In this document: positions 47,036 through 58,800 of the stretch, one piece after another
How the letters are laid out: each line of letters starts with the position of its first letter
How positions within the stretch are numbered: the first letter of the stretch is position 1
Source: a virus
Length of the DNA stretch: 64,000 nt
Virus record (IMG/VR): IMGVR_UViG_3300045988_138996
Span: 32,001-96,000 of that record
Reading direction: 5' to 3' (one strand)
The notes under the pieces: model-generated
Database searches by the model: none
What the model was told of the DNA's origin: nothing
Seen by the model: only the letters and a program-made list of their open reading frames with translations
Made by a program: the position numbers and the translations under genes

Positions 47036-48286
47036 ATGGACTTCCGTGAATATATTGGTTTTTCTCCTACAAGTGAAAACGTCACGATAAAAGAGTCTGT
47101 TATCAGACCTATTGGGCAGTCGAGTTATTCTGATGATTCCGATAATAAATTAATTGTCGAAATCGAAGCTGTTCATGCATATCCTTATGTCACTCGAAAC
47201 AGTACTCGATACGCGTATCAAGGTCTAGAAGATTCCTTATCTGAGTGGACACATCCTTATAATATTCCAATCATTATGCATCATAATGATCAAGACGGCC
47301 AAATTATTGGTCGTGCGATCGATGCAAGACTTGGTGATAGCGAACGACTCGTCGGCTCTAAAGCTTTATTTATTACGGCTGAAATCCTCGACGAAAAAGC
47401 TCAAAAAGATATCAAGTCTGGATTATTATCGACTGTAAGCATTGGTATGACTGGACACGACGTTCGTTGTTCTATTTGTGGACAAGATCTCAACGAGGGT
47501 CCGTGTGAACATGTCAGAGGAGAGAGTTATGACGGACAAACATGTTGTTGGGATTTCTTTTCAATGAGCCCAATTGAATTGTCTTACGTTATAGTTCCTT
47601 CTGATAAATATGCAAAGAATATTAAAGTATATGATGACGGGGAGTACGAACAACAAAGTAGTACTCCTTCTAATTTAAGTATTCCGCAACAAGGAGAAAC
47701 CGGTACGAATATTCGTGCTAACGAATCTATGGATAAAGAAAAATTAAAAGTTCAAGAACCTGAAACTGAAGTTAAAACTGAAGCCGAAGGTAAAGAAACT
47801 GCTACAGAAGTTGAAGTTCCTGAAACTAAAACTCCTGAAGTTGAAAAAACTCCAGAGATTAAAGGTGAAGAAAAAACAGAGATCGAAGAATTAAAAGGTC
47901 AGATCGCTGAACTTATTAAATCTAACGAAGCTCTTACTGCAAAAGTTTCTAATCTTGCCGACGATTTATTAGCTTATAAATCTGAAGCTCGTAAAGAAAC
48001 TGCTTCCTTAATCGAAGGTAAAGAAAAATTAGAAGAAGCTCTTAAATCTGTTCAAGAAGTTAAAGCAGGCTTCGATACATTTAAAACTGAAAGCGAAGAA
48101 AAAGTTAAGTCTGAAATTGCTTCCGTTAAAGAATCTTTCGAAGATAAAATCAAAACATTAGATTTAGCAAACTCTACGGTTACAGATCCTAATGCTAAGA
48201 ATAATAAATCTACTGAAGTTCAAGTAAAAGAAGCTGCTCAACAACTTAAATCTATTACTGACGTATTTAACGCTTTCTATAAATAA
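47036..48286 (+). CDS. Prohead protease fused to an E/K-rich scaffold-like C-terminus
   Basis: PIIMHHNDQDGQIIG and LLSTVSIGM resemble the HK97-type prohead protease His and Ser regions. Long coiled-coil tail. Confidence 0.55.
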   Translation: MDFREYIGFSPTSENVTIKESVIRPIGQSSYSDDSDNKLIVEIEAVHAYPYVTRNSTRYAYQGLEDSLSEWTHPYNIPIIMHHNDQDGQIIGRAIDARLGDSERLVGSKALFITAEILDEKAQKDIKSGLLSTVSIGMTGHDVRCSICGQDLNEGPCEHVRGESYDGQTCCWDFFSMSPIELSYVIVPSDKYAKNIKVYDDGEYEQQSSTPSNLSIPQQGETGTNIRANESMDKEKLKVQEPETEVKTEAEGKETATEVEVPETKTPEVEKTPEIKGEEKTEIEELKGQIAELIKSNEALTAKVSNLADDLLAYKSEARKETASLIEGKEKLEEALKSVQEVKAGFDTFKTESEEKVKSEIASVKESFEDKIKTLDLANSTVTDPNAKNNKSTEVQVKEAAQQLKSITDVFNAFYK

Positions 48287-48303
48287 TAGGAGATAAATTT
48301 TAA

Positions 48304-49887
48304 ATGGCAAATTACAATCCTGGTAAAGGTGCTAATTATTTCACTGGCGGTGCTGATGGCAAAGTATTCAAAGGCATGGGCTTCAAACAGTTCAACAACG
48401 ATGACCGCCGTGTAACTCGTACACAAGTACGTTTGAATACTACTAATCATGATACTTCCAATATTGCTTACTGGTTGGACTCCCGTCTTCCTGTAGCATT
48501 CCGTTACAACTATGCAGAAATGTATAACCAAGTTGTAATTCCAAAAGGTCGTATCGTAGCTGTTGACCCTGATGTTAAAGCTGCTAAAGAAAACCCAGAA
48601 AAATTCTTGAACGTATTGACACTTGCTAACGGTGGTTGCCCTGTACGTTTGCGTACAGCTACTGACGTTTATGGTGCTGCTGGTATCGTATCTGGTAAAG
48701 CTTCTGGTAAACCTATGATGAATGCTGATGTTGAATGGACTCCAGTCGATGCAGCTGCTTATACTGCCGATCATTATAAACCATTTGCTAATGGCGGTGC
48801 CAAAGCAATCGCTACTGCTGCTGGTCTTGACAAAGACAAAACTTCTGGTCTTTTGACTAAAGGCGGCAAAAAACTTATGGATCATCGTAACGGTAACATT
48901 CCTGTAGGTATTTTGATGCGTAACGAATATACTCGTGACGAAAATGCTTGGAATGGTATGACTCCTGGTGCTATTAAAACTGACGTAATGGTAGAATTGC
49001 CTCATTTCTTGTTCAAAGATGAAGCTGAGCAAAATCCTTGGGGTTCTGCTTATGGTACATTCTTGCCTGGCGATTTTGTAAAATCTGACGAAAATGGTCG
49101 TATTGTAAAATCCCCATTATCTGACGAAGCTGCTTTGGCAACTATGCAAGCTCCTGAAATCGAATTTGAACGTCAACAAATTATCGGTCAAGTACACGAA
49201 GTAAACCCTAATTTGGTTCCTGAAGGCTCTACTAAATGGATGAAATGGGCTATCGAAGATCAAGAACAATTGGCTCAATATGCTGAAGATGGTTATGGCC
49301 GTACATATCGTCGTGGTGAAGATTTAGTTGATGATTCCGCTTACTTCCGTGGTATCGAAAACTATGAATTCAATTCCTTGTATTCTGATCACGACTTGAA
49401 CATGACTGCTTCCAATAATAAATTGGACGTATACGATTCCCGTTTGGGCGCTCGTTATGAATACATTGGTATTCCTGGTTTAACAGATGGTCGCAATGTA
49501 GCTACTACTGCTATTAAAGACGTTAAAGTTGGCGTAATGCATCCAGCTGCTCCTACTCAAGAATATCTTGATTTCAACTATCAAATTCCAGAACGTTTCA
49601 TCGAACAAGGTTCTGTACAAATTTCTATTAATAACTCTGCTTATACTCCAGTAGTAAAAGGTGCTGTTATTGCTAATGCATTTGAAGTAGTATACTTCAA
49701 CGAAGTTAATGGTTTGATCCGCTTGCGTGTTATCGACCGTACACAAGCTGATGCAATTATTAAAGCTGCTCCTAAAGAAGAAGCGGAAGTAAAAGTATCT
49801 TATTCCCGTCAAGGTCTTGCTGGCGTGCCTACATTCATGGATTGGGCAGGCTGTGTAGGTTCTGTTAAAGTATTGTTACAAAAATAA
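48304..49887 (+). CDS. Abundant virion structural protein (function unknown)
   Basis: Strong GGAG RBS. Codon usage shifts to cgt/ggt/gct/ttg, as in the capsid and sheath genes. Confidence 0.6.
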   Translation: MANYNPGKGANYFTGGADGKVFKGMGFKQFNNDDRRVTRTQVRLNTTNHDTSNIAYWLDSRLPVAFRYNYAEMYNQVVIPKGRIVAVDPDVKAAKENPEKFLNVLTLANGGCPVRLRTATDVYGAAGIVSGKASGKPMMNADVEWTPVDAAAYTADHYKPFANGGAKAIATAAGLDKDKTSGLLTKGGKKLMDHRNGNIPVGILMRNEYTRDENAWNGMTPGAIKTDVMVELPHFLFKDEAEQNPWGSAYGTFLPGDFVKSDENGRIVKSPLSDEAALATMQAPEIEFERQQIIGQVHEVNPNLVPEGSTKWMKWAIEDQEQLAQYAEDGYGRTYRRGEDLVDDSAYFRGIENYEFNSLYSDHDLNMTASNNKLDVYDSRLGARYEYIGIPGLTDGRNVATTAIKDVKVGVMHPAAPTQEYLDFNYQIPERFIEQGSVQISINNSAYTPVVKGAVIANAFEVVYFNEVNGLIRLRVIDRTQADAIIKAAPKEEAEVKVSYSRQGLAGVPTFMDWAGCVGSVKVLLQK

Positions 49888-49905
49888 TAGGAGCTTTAAA
49901 ATATA

Positions 49906-51126
49906 ATGAAAATCGAAATGAAAGAATTTGTTAATTCTCTTAAAGAACAACGTGCTGAAGTGACTAAAGCCGGTCAAGAAGCTGGTTGGTCCCCTGAAAA
50001 AATGCAAGAATCTTTGAGAAAATATGATATTCTCGAAGACGTTGTTGCTCGTATGAACAAACAACCTAGCAATAAATCTTTCAGCATTAAAGAAACAATT
50101 ATGACAACTGATGTTGTCGATTTGGTTCCTCGTATCATCGAAACTCGTATGATCGAAGCTGAAGACACTCAATCTGTTATCTCTCCATTCTTCACAAAAA
50201 TTCAATCCGACAAAACTAGTGGTACCGTTGTAGTACCTATTATCGGTGAATTGCAAGCACACGAAGTTTCCGAAGCTGGTGCTTACAACGATGAAGCAGT
50301 AGAAATCAACACTCTTCAATACAACTCCATCGAAATTCGTCCTAAGAAAATCGGTCTTAAAGTTACGTTATCTGAAGAAGTTATCATGGATTCCTACTGG
50401 GATATCATGGAAGCTAACTTGTCCCGTATCGGCGGTGCAATGGCTCGTTACAAAGACGAATGGTGTGCTCGTGAGTTCTCTGAACATGGTCACGTAGTAT
50501 TTGATAACTCTTTAGGTGCTCAAAATCCTGACGCTATGACAAGTGGTCTTGGTGAAGATTCTCTTCCTAACGGTACTCTTTCCGTTGAAGACTTCATGTC
50601 TATGTGCTTGGCATTGATGGCAAATGATAAGACACCAACAGACGTTATCATGCATCCACTTTGCTGGTTAGTATTCGCTCGTAACGCAATGGTAGGTCAA
50701 GGCTTAACTTTCGGTGCTATGGGTGCTATGAATGTTAATCCATTCGGCACAACTCAAGGTACTCCTGGTTTCGCTGGCTTGTCTAACAACATGGGTCCTC
50801 AAAAATTCATCTTGAATGAATCTCAAGCAATGTTTAACTTGCCTATGCCAGTTAACATTATCTTGAGCCCTCGTGTTAAATTTGATAAACAAAACAAAAC
50901 ATTTGATATGTACGCTATCGATCGCAACAACATTGGTGCTATCGTACAACGTGAAGATTTGTCTATTGAAAAATGGACTAACCCAGAAACTGATGTACGT
51001 ATCATCAAAGCAAAAGAACGCTATGGCGTTGGTATCATGGATAATGGTAAAGGTATCGCAGTGGCTAAAAACATTTCCGCTATGCCTTCCTTCCCTCGTC
51101 CAACTGCAATTCGTATTCAAGAATAA
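49906..51126 (+). CDS. Major capsid protein (HK97 fold)
   Basis: 406 aa. VVPIIGELQAHEVSEAGAY...IRPKKIGLKVTLSEEVIMDS matches the Phage_capsid pattern. Highly expressed codon usage and a strong terminator after it. Confidence 0.7.
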   Translation: MKIEMKEFVNSLKEQRAEVTKAGQEAGWSPEKMQESLRKYDILEDVVARMNKQPSNKSFSIKETIMTTDVVDLVPRIIETRMIEAEDTQSVISPFFTKIQSDKTSGTVVVPIIGELQAHEVSEAGAYNDEAVEINTLQYNSIEIRPKKIGLKVTLSEEVIMDSYWDIMEANLSRIGGAMARYKDEWCAREFSEHGHVVFDNSLGAQNPDAMTSGLGEDSLPNGTLSVEDFMSMCLALMANDKTPTDVIMHPLCWLVFARNAMVGQGLTFGAMGAMNVNPFGTTQGTPGFAGLSNNMGPQKFILNESQAMFNLPMPVNIILSPRVKFDKQNKTFDMYAIDRNNIGAIVQREDLSIEKWTNPETDVRIIKAKERYGVGIMDNGKGIAVAKNISAMPSFPRPTAIRIQE

Positions 51127-51160
51127 TATTCTTAACGATTTGTTAATTGAATGAGTAATT

Positions 51161-51190
51161 AAGGGGAGCTTTCGGGCTCCCCTTTTTTTA
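51161..51190 (+). terminator. Intrinsic terminator after the capsid gene
   Basis: aggggagc-tttcgg-gctcccct followed by T7. Confidence 0.8.
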
Positions 51191-51209
51191 ATATACAAGA
51201 GGTATTTTA

Positions 51210-51830
51210 ATGACTAAATTAAAAGAACCGATCGCTATCGTGAAATTAGGTCATGGCGAAATTGGTTATTTTGACAAATTGACTCGTCTACGTTTAACAC
51301 GTAAAGCGCCATATGGTCGAATTTATGACGATATGGATCTTAAAAATATTCGTCGTTCTGTTAAAGTAGGCCGTTTGATTTTAGTTAACGGCATGCTTCC
51401 TGCAGAAAATGCTAACTATTCTAAAGCGACTAAACGTTTTATTCCGTCTTCAAATTATGATATGGTAGCATCTGGTTTAATTCGTCCTGAAGACGTTGCT
51501 GAAAAAACTGCTACTCGTTCTAAAGAATTAGAATTTGATTTAGACGCAGCATTAGCTGAAGCTAAAGAAAACTTAGAAAAAGTTAACAAGGAGAATACAA
51601 ATGGTCTGCAAGAAAAAGGGCAAGAAGGGTTGCAAGTAGCACCTGAAACTAAAACTGAAGAAGTAAAACCTGAAGAAACACCTAAAGCTGAAGTAGTTCC
51701 TGAAGAAACAGAGGCGAAGGACGTTGCAGAAGAAACTGTGGAAGAAGAATCTACAGAAGAAGTGGAAGATGAAGCCACAACTGAAGATAAACCTAAAAAA
51801 ACTCGTGGTCGTAAAAAAACTAGCAAATAA
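51210..51830 (+). CDS. Hypothetical protein with an E/T/K-rich tail
   Basis: ORF with a GAGG RBS. Confidence 0.5.
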   Translation: MTKLKEPIAIVKLGHGEIGYFDKLTRLRLTRKAPYGRIYDDMDLKNIRRSVKVGRLILVNGMLPAENANYSKATKRFIPSSNYDMVASGLIRPEDVAEKTATRSKELEFDLDAALAEAKENLEKVNKENTNGLQEKGQEGLQVAPETKTEEVKPEETPKAEVVPEETEAKDVAEETVEEESTEEVEDEATTEDKPKKTRGRKKTSK

Positions 51831-51841
51831 GAAGGAAGATT

Positions 51842-52969
51842 ATGTTTAAAGAATTTGCTTTGGTCGACATGGCCATAAATCCTATTGAAAAGCAAATTAA
51901 ACTTTTCTTTACTAGTAATGTTGATCCCGATACAGTCGATAGCGATACAATCGCAATGGTTCATGCAGAATCTCAAAAGATTTATCGATTAAAATATCGT
52001 ACGTCTAAGAAGACTGTTGTTATTACAGTATTAGACGATGTAGAACCTAATGAAGAATATCGTCTCGACATTAATAAAACTATTAAAGATATTGTTGGCA
52101 CTCCATTACAATCTAGTTTAATTCGCCACGTATATTTCAATAGTAACATATATTCTAATGTCCGCATTATTAGTCCGGCAAATCATGAGCTTATCGATGG
52201 ATCTTTTATATGTGAGTGGCAAGAAATCTTACGAGATAAAAGACGTAAACCTGTATTAGAATATCGATTGCAAATTTCTGAAAATAAAAATTTTGATCCT
52301 TGTGAAATCGATACTGTAATATTAAATAAACAACGTATCAGTTTCCCTCAATTAAAAGATGCCAAACAATATTATATCCGTATTCGTGTCGAAAAAGATG
52401 GCGAATTTGGAGCATGGTCTGATATAGCTACTTTTACTTACGATGGAAAAAATCGTGTTCTTGATCGTTTAGAAAAATCAGAAAAAGATCCTCATAAAAT
52501 AAATCCAGTATCTATTTGGGCTCCGTATAATTACAAACGGAACATGCACAATAATAAAGTCAATCTGGATACGAATCCAACTTCTCCGGGAACAATGTCG
52601 ACCGAAGAAGTTAATCATGCTACGGGATTAGGATTATCTCCTGAAGTAACGGCTAGTAATAATACAGCTACGTCATTATCTGAAGCAGCCATCGAACGAA
52701 TTATGAAAGATGGCAATGGTAATTCTGCGACAACTATTAAATTAGCTGACGGTACCATTATTACTAGAGCTAATGACAGTGGAACGCCAGGTGTCGTAGT
52801 CGATGAAACTCCAGCCGGTACTAATATTGCTCCTGTTATTATTAGTGCACTCGAAGTAACAAGACGTCCGCAACAAGGGACTAACGATGCTTTCGTATTT
52901 GAATTTAATGCTGAGATTAAAGATGAAGGTATTTTACAGAATATCGAAATCATCAGAAAGGATTTCTAA
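51842..52969 (+). CDS. Hypothetical structural protein
   Basis: ORF in the head/neck block. Confidence 0.5.
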   Translation: MFKEFALVDMAINPIEKQIKLFFTSNVDPDTVDSDTIAMVHAESQKIYRLKYRTSKKTVVITVLDDVEPNEEYRLDINKTIKDIVGTPLQSSLIRHVYFNSNIYSNVRIISPANHELIDGSFICEWQEILRDKRRKPVLEYRLQISENKNFDPCEIDTVILNKQRISFPQLKDAKQYYIRIRVEKDGEFGAWSDIATFTYDGKNRVLDRLEKSEKDPHKINPVSIWAPYNYKRNMHNNKVNLDTNPTSPGTMSTEEVNHATGLGLSPEVTASNNTATSLSEAAIERIMKDGNGNSATTIKLADGTIITRANDSGTPGVVVDETPAGTNIAPVIISALEVTRRPQQGTNDAFVFEFNAEIKDEGILQNIEIIRKDF

Positions 52970-53664
52970 TGGCAGAACCTTTTGAGTATACGATATTTGG
53001 TAATCGTTTAGAACTAAGACCAGTCGGCGGTGTTAAACCTGATTCTCTATATGAAATCAGAATTAAAAAACTTGAATCTGTCGATGGTAAAAAAGTATTA
53101 AAGTATAAAGTCTATACGGTAGCATCAGAACAAATTAGTAATTTTTATACGCTCGGCGATGTAAATTATCTAATCGATGTATTTGATGCTAGTGATACAG
53201 AAGTATTATACGCATTAAAAGAAGCAAGTCGGTTTGCACAGTTTCTATTGGATCAAATTCCAGGTTATGAAAATAGAGCCGATTTGCCATATCTTTTACA
53301 ACAGTTCTGTAAATTAAGAGCAACGTTAAGTCTTGTAAGTAAGCATGCTGTTACGACTTCTACATCTGGTAAGATATCGGGTCATATCGGTAATATTAGT
53401 TTTGGTTCGACAGAATCTGGTGGATCTAGTTCGTCTAGTTCTAGTGGCAGTGGCGCGCCTTCCTTATCAGATCTTATCAAAATGATTAAAGCTGAAATGG
53501 AAATTTTTGAAAAACTAATTGTCGATCCTACGTATCTTACTATGGGTAGAGCTGAACCAAGAACAGGTAAACGCTCCTATACAGAAAAACAAAAATTACA
53601 TACATATCCTACGACATTGTTTGATGATTTGTCACGTTCATTAAAATCCTTGAGGAAAACTTAA
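52969..53664 (+). CDS. Hypothetical head-tail joining region protein
   Basis: Coupled ORF; contains a poly-Ser/Gly linker. Confidence 0.45.
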   Translation: MAEPFEYTIFGNRLELRPVGGVKPDSLYEIRIKKLESVDGKKVLKYKVYTVASEQISNFYTLGDVNYLIDVFDASDTEVLYALKEASRFAQFLLDQIPGYENRADLPYLLQQFCKLRATLSLVSKHAVTTSTSGKISGHIGNISFGSTESGGSSSSSSSGSGAPSLSDLIKMIKAEMEIFEKLIVDPTYLTMGRAEPRTGKRSYTEKQKLHTYPTTLFDDLSRSLKSLRKT

Positions 53665-54107
53665 TGAAAAATTTAGATGAACGAATTAATGGTTTAATAC
53701 AATTAATGGAAGTTCCAGTATGGCTGGTACAACCATATAAAAATATAGATTGCACTTGTAAAGACGTGACAGCAAAAGAAGGCGATCCTCTTTGTAAGAA
53801 TTGTTTAGGCTTTGGTCAAAAAATTCTAATAAGAGAAGCCCGTGCTCATGTTCAACCAATATATTCTACAGATAGTGCGGATAATAAATTATTTCTAATG
53901 CAAGGGTATGATGTATATCTTCGCAATGAATTTCCGGTTTTTGCTGGAGATATTATAGTCTTTAAAGATAAGATAATTAACGTAGGATATGTATTAGAAT
54001 GGTATTCTAATACAATGGACTGTGTTTATTATCAAGCTAATGGAGTTAATTATAAAAGAAATCCAGAAGCATTTATGAAAAACTTTAAAGCATTGATCGG
54101 AGGTTAA
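53664..54107 (+). CDS. Hypothetical neck/tail completion protein
   Basis: Coupled ORF between the capsid and sheath genes. Confidence 0.45.
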   Translation: MKNLDERINGLIQLMEVPVWLVQPYKNIDCTCKDVTAKEGDPLCKNCLGFGQKILIREARAHVQPIYSTDSADNKLFLMQGYDVYLRNEFPVFAGDIIVFKDKIINVGYVLEWYSNTMDCVYYQANGVNYKRNPEAFMKNFKALIGG

Positions 54108-54108
54108 T

Positions 54109-55101
54109 ATGACTGCCGACGATAAACACACGAGTCTATTAATTATTGGTAATTCTGAATCGACAAATAAAACATGTAAAATTGAAAAATTTAATACGTT
54201 ATATAATGTCGAAAAAGAATATGGAAAAGATTCTGATTTGTATTTGGCTTATAAATTAGCTAAAAATTATCATGCTCCAGATGTTTATTTGGTAAATATG
54301 CGTACGTTATCAGATTTTATAAACATAACAAAACAATTAATAGATTGTGACTTTGCATATATATGTCCAACAAAAATAATGTTTTCCGATCGTTTTACAG
54401 ATCGTTATAATAAAGATTTAACTGATTATTATTTAAATGTATTATCTAGTAATTGTTATAAAAATCGTAGTATGATTATCGTTACTGATAAACATAGTTC
54501 TTTATTTGAAGACATCGATGAGTTTAATAATTACTATGATGCTATCGTACAAAAGTTTACTTCTGTGCATAATAAGAATAAATTTTTAGATAATATAATT
54601 TTAGTAGGCAATAATTTAAAATATATTCAGTATAGTAATATAGTTGTAGCGGCAAAATTAGCCGCCACGCCTATCAACGAGTACCCACTTTTATCAAATG
54701 AGGATACCGACTTTATATTAGATTATAAAGATATGCTTCCTAATGTCGTCTATTACAGAAATAGTTCATTAGTCGGTACAACAGTTGAAAATTTAGTTAA
54801 CCTATCTAGCGAAAATCCTAATAAATCTGTTATGGTAATGCGTATTATTTATTACCTAGTCAGAGAAATGGACTTCGATGAATATATAGGAAAAAATTAT
54901 CGGAAGTTTTATCTGTTAAAGATAAGAGACCGATTAGAATCCTTATTAAAACAAAATGTAGGATTTGTTCTATACGACTATCATATCGATAGCGTTGAAG
55001 AACAATTAAGAGAAAATGGATTAGGGGTCGACATTATACTTCGGTATACGTTGTATCCTTTATTCACGACAGAGTCATATACTGCGGAACAGAGGTTATA
55101 A
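54109..55101 (+). CDS. Hypothetical neck/tail protein
   Basis: Coupled ORF. Confidence 0.45.
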   Translation: MTADDKHTSLLIIGNSESTNKTCKIEKFNTLYNVEKEYGKDSDLYLAYKLAKNYHAPDVYLVNMRTLSDFINITKQLIDCDFAYICPTKIMFSDRFTDRYNKDLTDYYLNVLSSNCYKNRSMIIVTDKHSSLFEDIDEFNNYYDAIVQKFTSVHNKNKFLDNIILVGNNLKYIQYSNIVVAAKLAATPINEYPLLSNEDTDFILDYKDMLPNVVYYRNSSLVGTTVENLVNLSSENPNKSVMVMRIIYYLVREMDFDEYIGKNYRKFYLLKIRDRLESLLKQNVGFVLYDYHIDSVEEQLRENGLGVDIILRYTLYPLFTTESYTAEQRL

Positions 55102-55814
55102 TGACAGACGAACTTACTCATGATGAACGATTTATAATCGATCAGATAAAAGCAAAAAAAAATAGCCTGTCAGTAGTCAATGCTCCCGGTAGGCTAATGA
55201 ATAATCGACGCAGAGTCGATCGATTAAGGGCTGAACAGTCCATTAGTTTTGATGAATTTATCGAGCTGCTCGTTAAATTAGTCGAAAAAGCGTTATATGA
55301 AGATCAAGTTAAAATGAGCCCAGACGAAGGGGCTACGATTAACGATCGCGACAGACCAATTAATAATCCCTATATTTTCTTTAAAATTATATCTGGCAAA
55401 ACTATTAATAGTATTAAACCGAGATTAATGGAGAATATTATCAGACGTGCTCCAGGTCATCCTGAATATCGTCCAGATAATAAATATCCTGTTAAAGAAA
55501 ATATTGAAGAAGAAGGTGTTGAAGTATATTGTCATGCATTCGAATATGTACTTCAATTTGATATCTTCGCTAGCAGTTATGCAACGGCTAATAAAGTCTT
55601 AAAAGATTTTGAAGAACTTATGTATGACTATACGGGTTATGTTAAAAGTCGTGGTGTAAATGAACTTTTATATGATCAACGCTTAACAGACGAATCTAAC
55701 GTTCAATATCGAGAAAAATATTCAGTTAGAAGTGTTCGCTACATTTTAAGAATAGACAAGATATTTGTTGTTACTCGCAAACTTATCGAACGTCTATTAA
55801 ATCTTGATAAATAA
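55101..55814 (+). CDS. Hypothetical neck/tail protein
   Basis: Coupled ORF directly upstream of the sheath gene. Confidence 0.45.
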   Translation: MTDELTHDERFIIDQIKAKKNSLSVVNAPGRLMNNRRRVDRLRAEQSISFDEFIELLVKLVEKALYEDQVKMSPDEGATINDRDRPINNPYIFFKIISGKTINSIKPRLMENIIRRAPGHPEYRPDNKYPVKENIEEEGVEVYCHAFEYVLQFDIFASSYATANKVLKDFEELMYDYTGYVKSRGVNELLYDQRLTDESNVQYREKYSVRSVRYILRIDKIFVVTRKLIERLLNLDK

Positions 55815-55837
55815 TTATTAATCTAAGAGGTTGAATA

Positions 55838-58800
55838 ATGGCGTACTCTTTCAAAGAGGAAATCCTCCGCGATCTTCCTGGTGTGTTTGTCGAAGTCAAT
55901 TCTGTAAAGAAAAAACTTTATGACGACAGCCAATTCGGTACAACTGACGCAGTGCTTTGTATCGGTACTGCATTCGATGGTCCTAACGGTGTTCCTGTGC
56001 CTATTTATGATCCATCTTATGCAACATATACTTATGGCGATACTTATAATCGCGAAACTAAACGTGAAGTAGACTTAACAGCTACATTGGCTGATGCATA
56101 TAATTCCGGTTGCCGTACTTTGTATGGTTTCCGTATCGGTGGTTCTGAAGCTCAAAAAGATTTTAAATTGCGTTCTGACGATACTCTTCGTTTCCGTGTA
56201 AAATCTCGCTTCCCATCTAACAAAGCTAAACAAGTATACTTTACTTTCGATAATACTCCAGGTCAAGAAGTTCTTACTATCTATAAACCTGTATCTAAAG
56301 CGACAACTTACGAACGTTACAATGCTATGATTGATAACGAAGAAGAAATGATTAAAGTTGAAATTCCTTTGGGCCTTATGGGTGCTGGCTTTACTGCCGA
56401 TACTCCTATCTCCGAAGTAATTCGTCATATCAATAACTTTCCTCGTAACAATGTTGTTACTTTGTCTATCGTAAATAAAAAAGGTCAAGATGTTACACTT
56501 CGTAAAGATTCTTACGAATTAGCTCTTGGTTCTATTTTCCCTGGTACATACTTCTTAGGTCGTAAACGCTCCTTAGTACCTTGCCGTACAGAAGTTCGTA
56601 CTCATGTAATCAAATCTAAAAAATCTCCAAAACCTTTCGGTTCCTTTACTGGTAAATATTTCCATACTCTTCGTATTAATACAGACGTTAATGCTGAATA
56701 TCCTATTTACTCTGTAAGTGATAAAGATTTGAACGAAGCCTTCACTACTGTAGGCTTGAAAATGTATACTCATAATGATTATCTTCGTACTCCTGGTGCA
56801 TCTGCATTAGCATTCGAAGAAGATGATAACGATTATGAAGATACTAATATGACTAACTTCCAAAAATACATGAAGTTAGGTTCTGGCTTTGCTATTACAG
56901 CAACAGCTTATCCTCGTACAAATTCTACTGGTCAATATTTGACTCCTCGTGTAAAAGAATCTGACGTTAAAGATAAACAATACGTAGTATCTATTGGTGA
57001 AGGTGCATACTCTGTATTGCAAAACGCTGATATGCCTTATCGTGTATTGGGCGCTCAAATTTGTGCCGATACTGTAATTGGCGGTCGCCTTCCTAAACCA
57101 AAAGATTTCTTAAAAGCATTCCCTATCGATGCTGTTATGGTTAATACTGTAGCAGGTGGTGCTCCTGTAGTCGATACCGAAATGTTTAAAATAACTCCTG
57201 TAGTTAATGTTAAAGATACTAAACATTCTCCACGTTCTTATAAATTTAGCTTTGCTAAAGTAGATAATGCTGCAGAAATTACTGACGAAAACATTTATCA
57301 AAACGAAGTATTTACAGTTATCCCTTCTGTAGCTAATGAAGCTGCTTTGGATTTAGATCATAAAACTTATGAAGCTGGTCAAACATTCTACTTTGAAGAC
57401 ACTAAAGAAGTGAAATCTATTACGTTCGATGGTAAGCTTCAAAATGCTGTTTCTCCACATCAAAAATTCAAACACTTCGTTACGAAAGATAAAATTATCG
57501 AAGCAGAACCAGCAACTGGTAATACTGTAACATTTAAAGAAATCGCATCTCTTGCTGATCTTCAATATGATACAGCTATGAATGGTTTGTTGACAGATGC
57601 TGATGCAACGACTGCTGCATACTATGCAACGACTGCTGCTGCTGCTACTGCAACTGCTGCTAATGCTAAATACGTATTACTTTCTGTTAATGACGTATTA
57701 TGTGTTGGCAAATATGATGCTGGCGCTGTAACTCCTATCGGTGAATATGACATCTTAACAGATAAAGATTCTCGTGACGATAAAGTCGTTACTTATATTG
57801 AAAACTTCGATTGCGTAGACAACCGTGTTATCATTTCCGTAACAGACTTCAACTATCGTACTGTAGCAGAATTTATTTCTGACTTAAAAGATAACGTTAA
57901 CTTCACTGATAACTTTACTGTGGAATTGACTGATAATGGTATCGTTGAAAAAGATGCTCTTATCGAAGAAGTGTTAGAACCTGTATTGGTTGGCGGCAAA
58001 GTTGCGTTAGCTACTTTGGCTAAAGACCGTACTATCGATTACGATTATACTATGCGTATTCCTTATCGTACTCCTGATAACTTCGCTCGTCAATTGGCAC
58101 AACATTGCTTGTATACAGAATTAAAAACTGCTCATACTCATGGTTTGATCGGTGTTGAACGTATCTCTGACTACACATTGTCTGGCGTCGAACAAAAATT
58201 CCAAGATTTGAATAGTTTAAATCTTAACCTAGAATTGAAACGTGGTAACGGTCGTTCTGTAATCGATGACGACGGTGCTCCTGTCGATATCGGCCGTTCT
58301 ATTTCTTGTACATTCTTCCAAAACAATGTACCAGTTTATAATTCTACTTACGCATATGTAGGTAACGGTGCTGCAGCTTATGCTGGTATGGTTTCCGCAT
58401 TGCCTGTAGAACAATCTCCTACGAACCAAAAAATCGGCATTTCTCCATTGTTTGAATTAACAGCTTCTCAATTATCTAACTTAACTTCTAAAGGTATTGT
58501 TACAGTTAAGAATACATTTACTCGTGGTTATGTAATTACAGATGGCTGTACAATGGCAGATCCAACTGATGCATTGTCTCGTCTTAATAGTGTTCGTATC
58601 ATCGACGCTGTTGAACGTGCTATTCGCCGTGTTTGTGAACCATTTATCGGTAAACAAAATACAATCTCCGTTCGTAACTCTATCCAAACAGGTTTGACAT
58701 CTGAGTTGAATAAACTTAAAGGTGTATTGTTATATGACTACTTATTCGAAATTGCTAATGACGTAACTGCTCTTCAATATACTTATATTGATATCAATTA

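Noticed and set aside
48277-49032. 251 aa minus-strand ORF antisense to the structural gene at 48304-49887. Similar antisense ORFs occur at 49480-49812, 49876-50319, 50704-51198, 51455-51976 and 52615-52953, and there are many 60-140 aa ones inside the sheath gene.
   Set aside because: They lie fully inside plus-strand genes that have strong RBSs, recognisable protein motifs and marked codon bias. Their own translations are low-complexity (S/F/C/I-rich) and have no RBS. This is the typical shadow-frame artefact.
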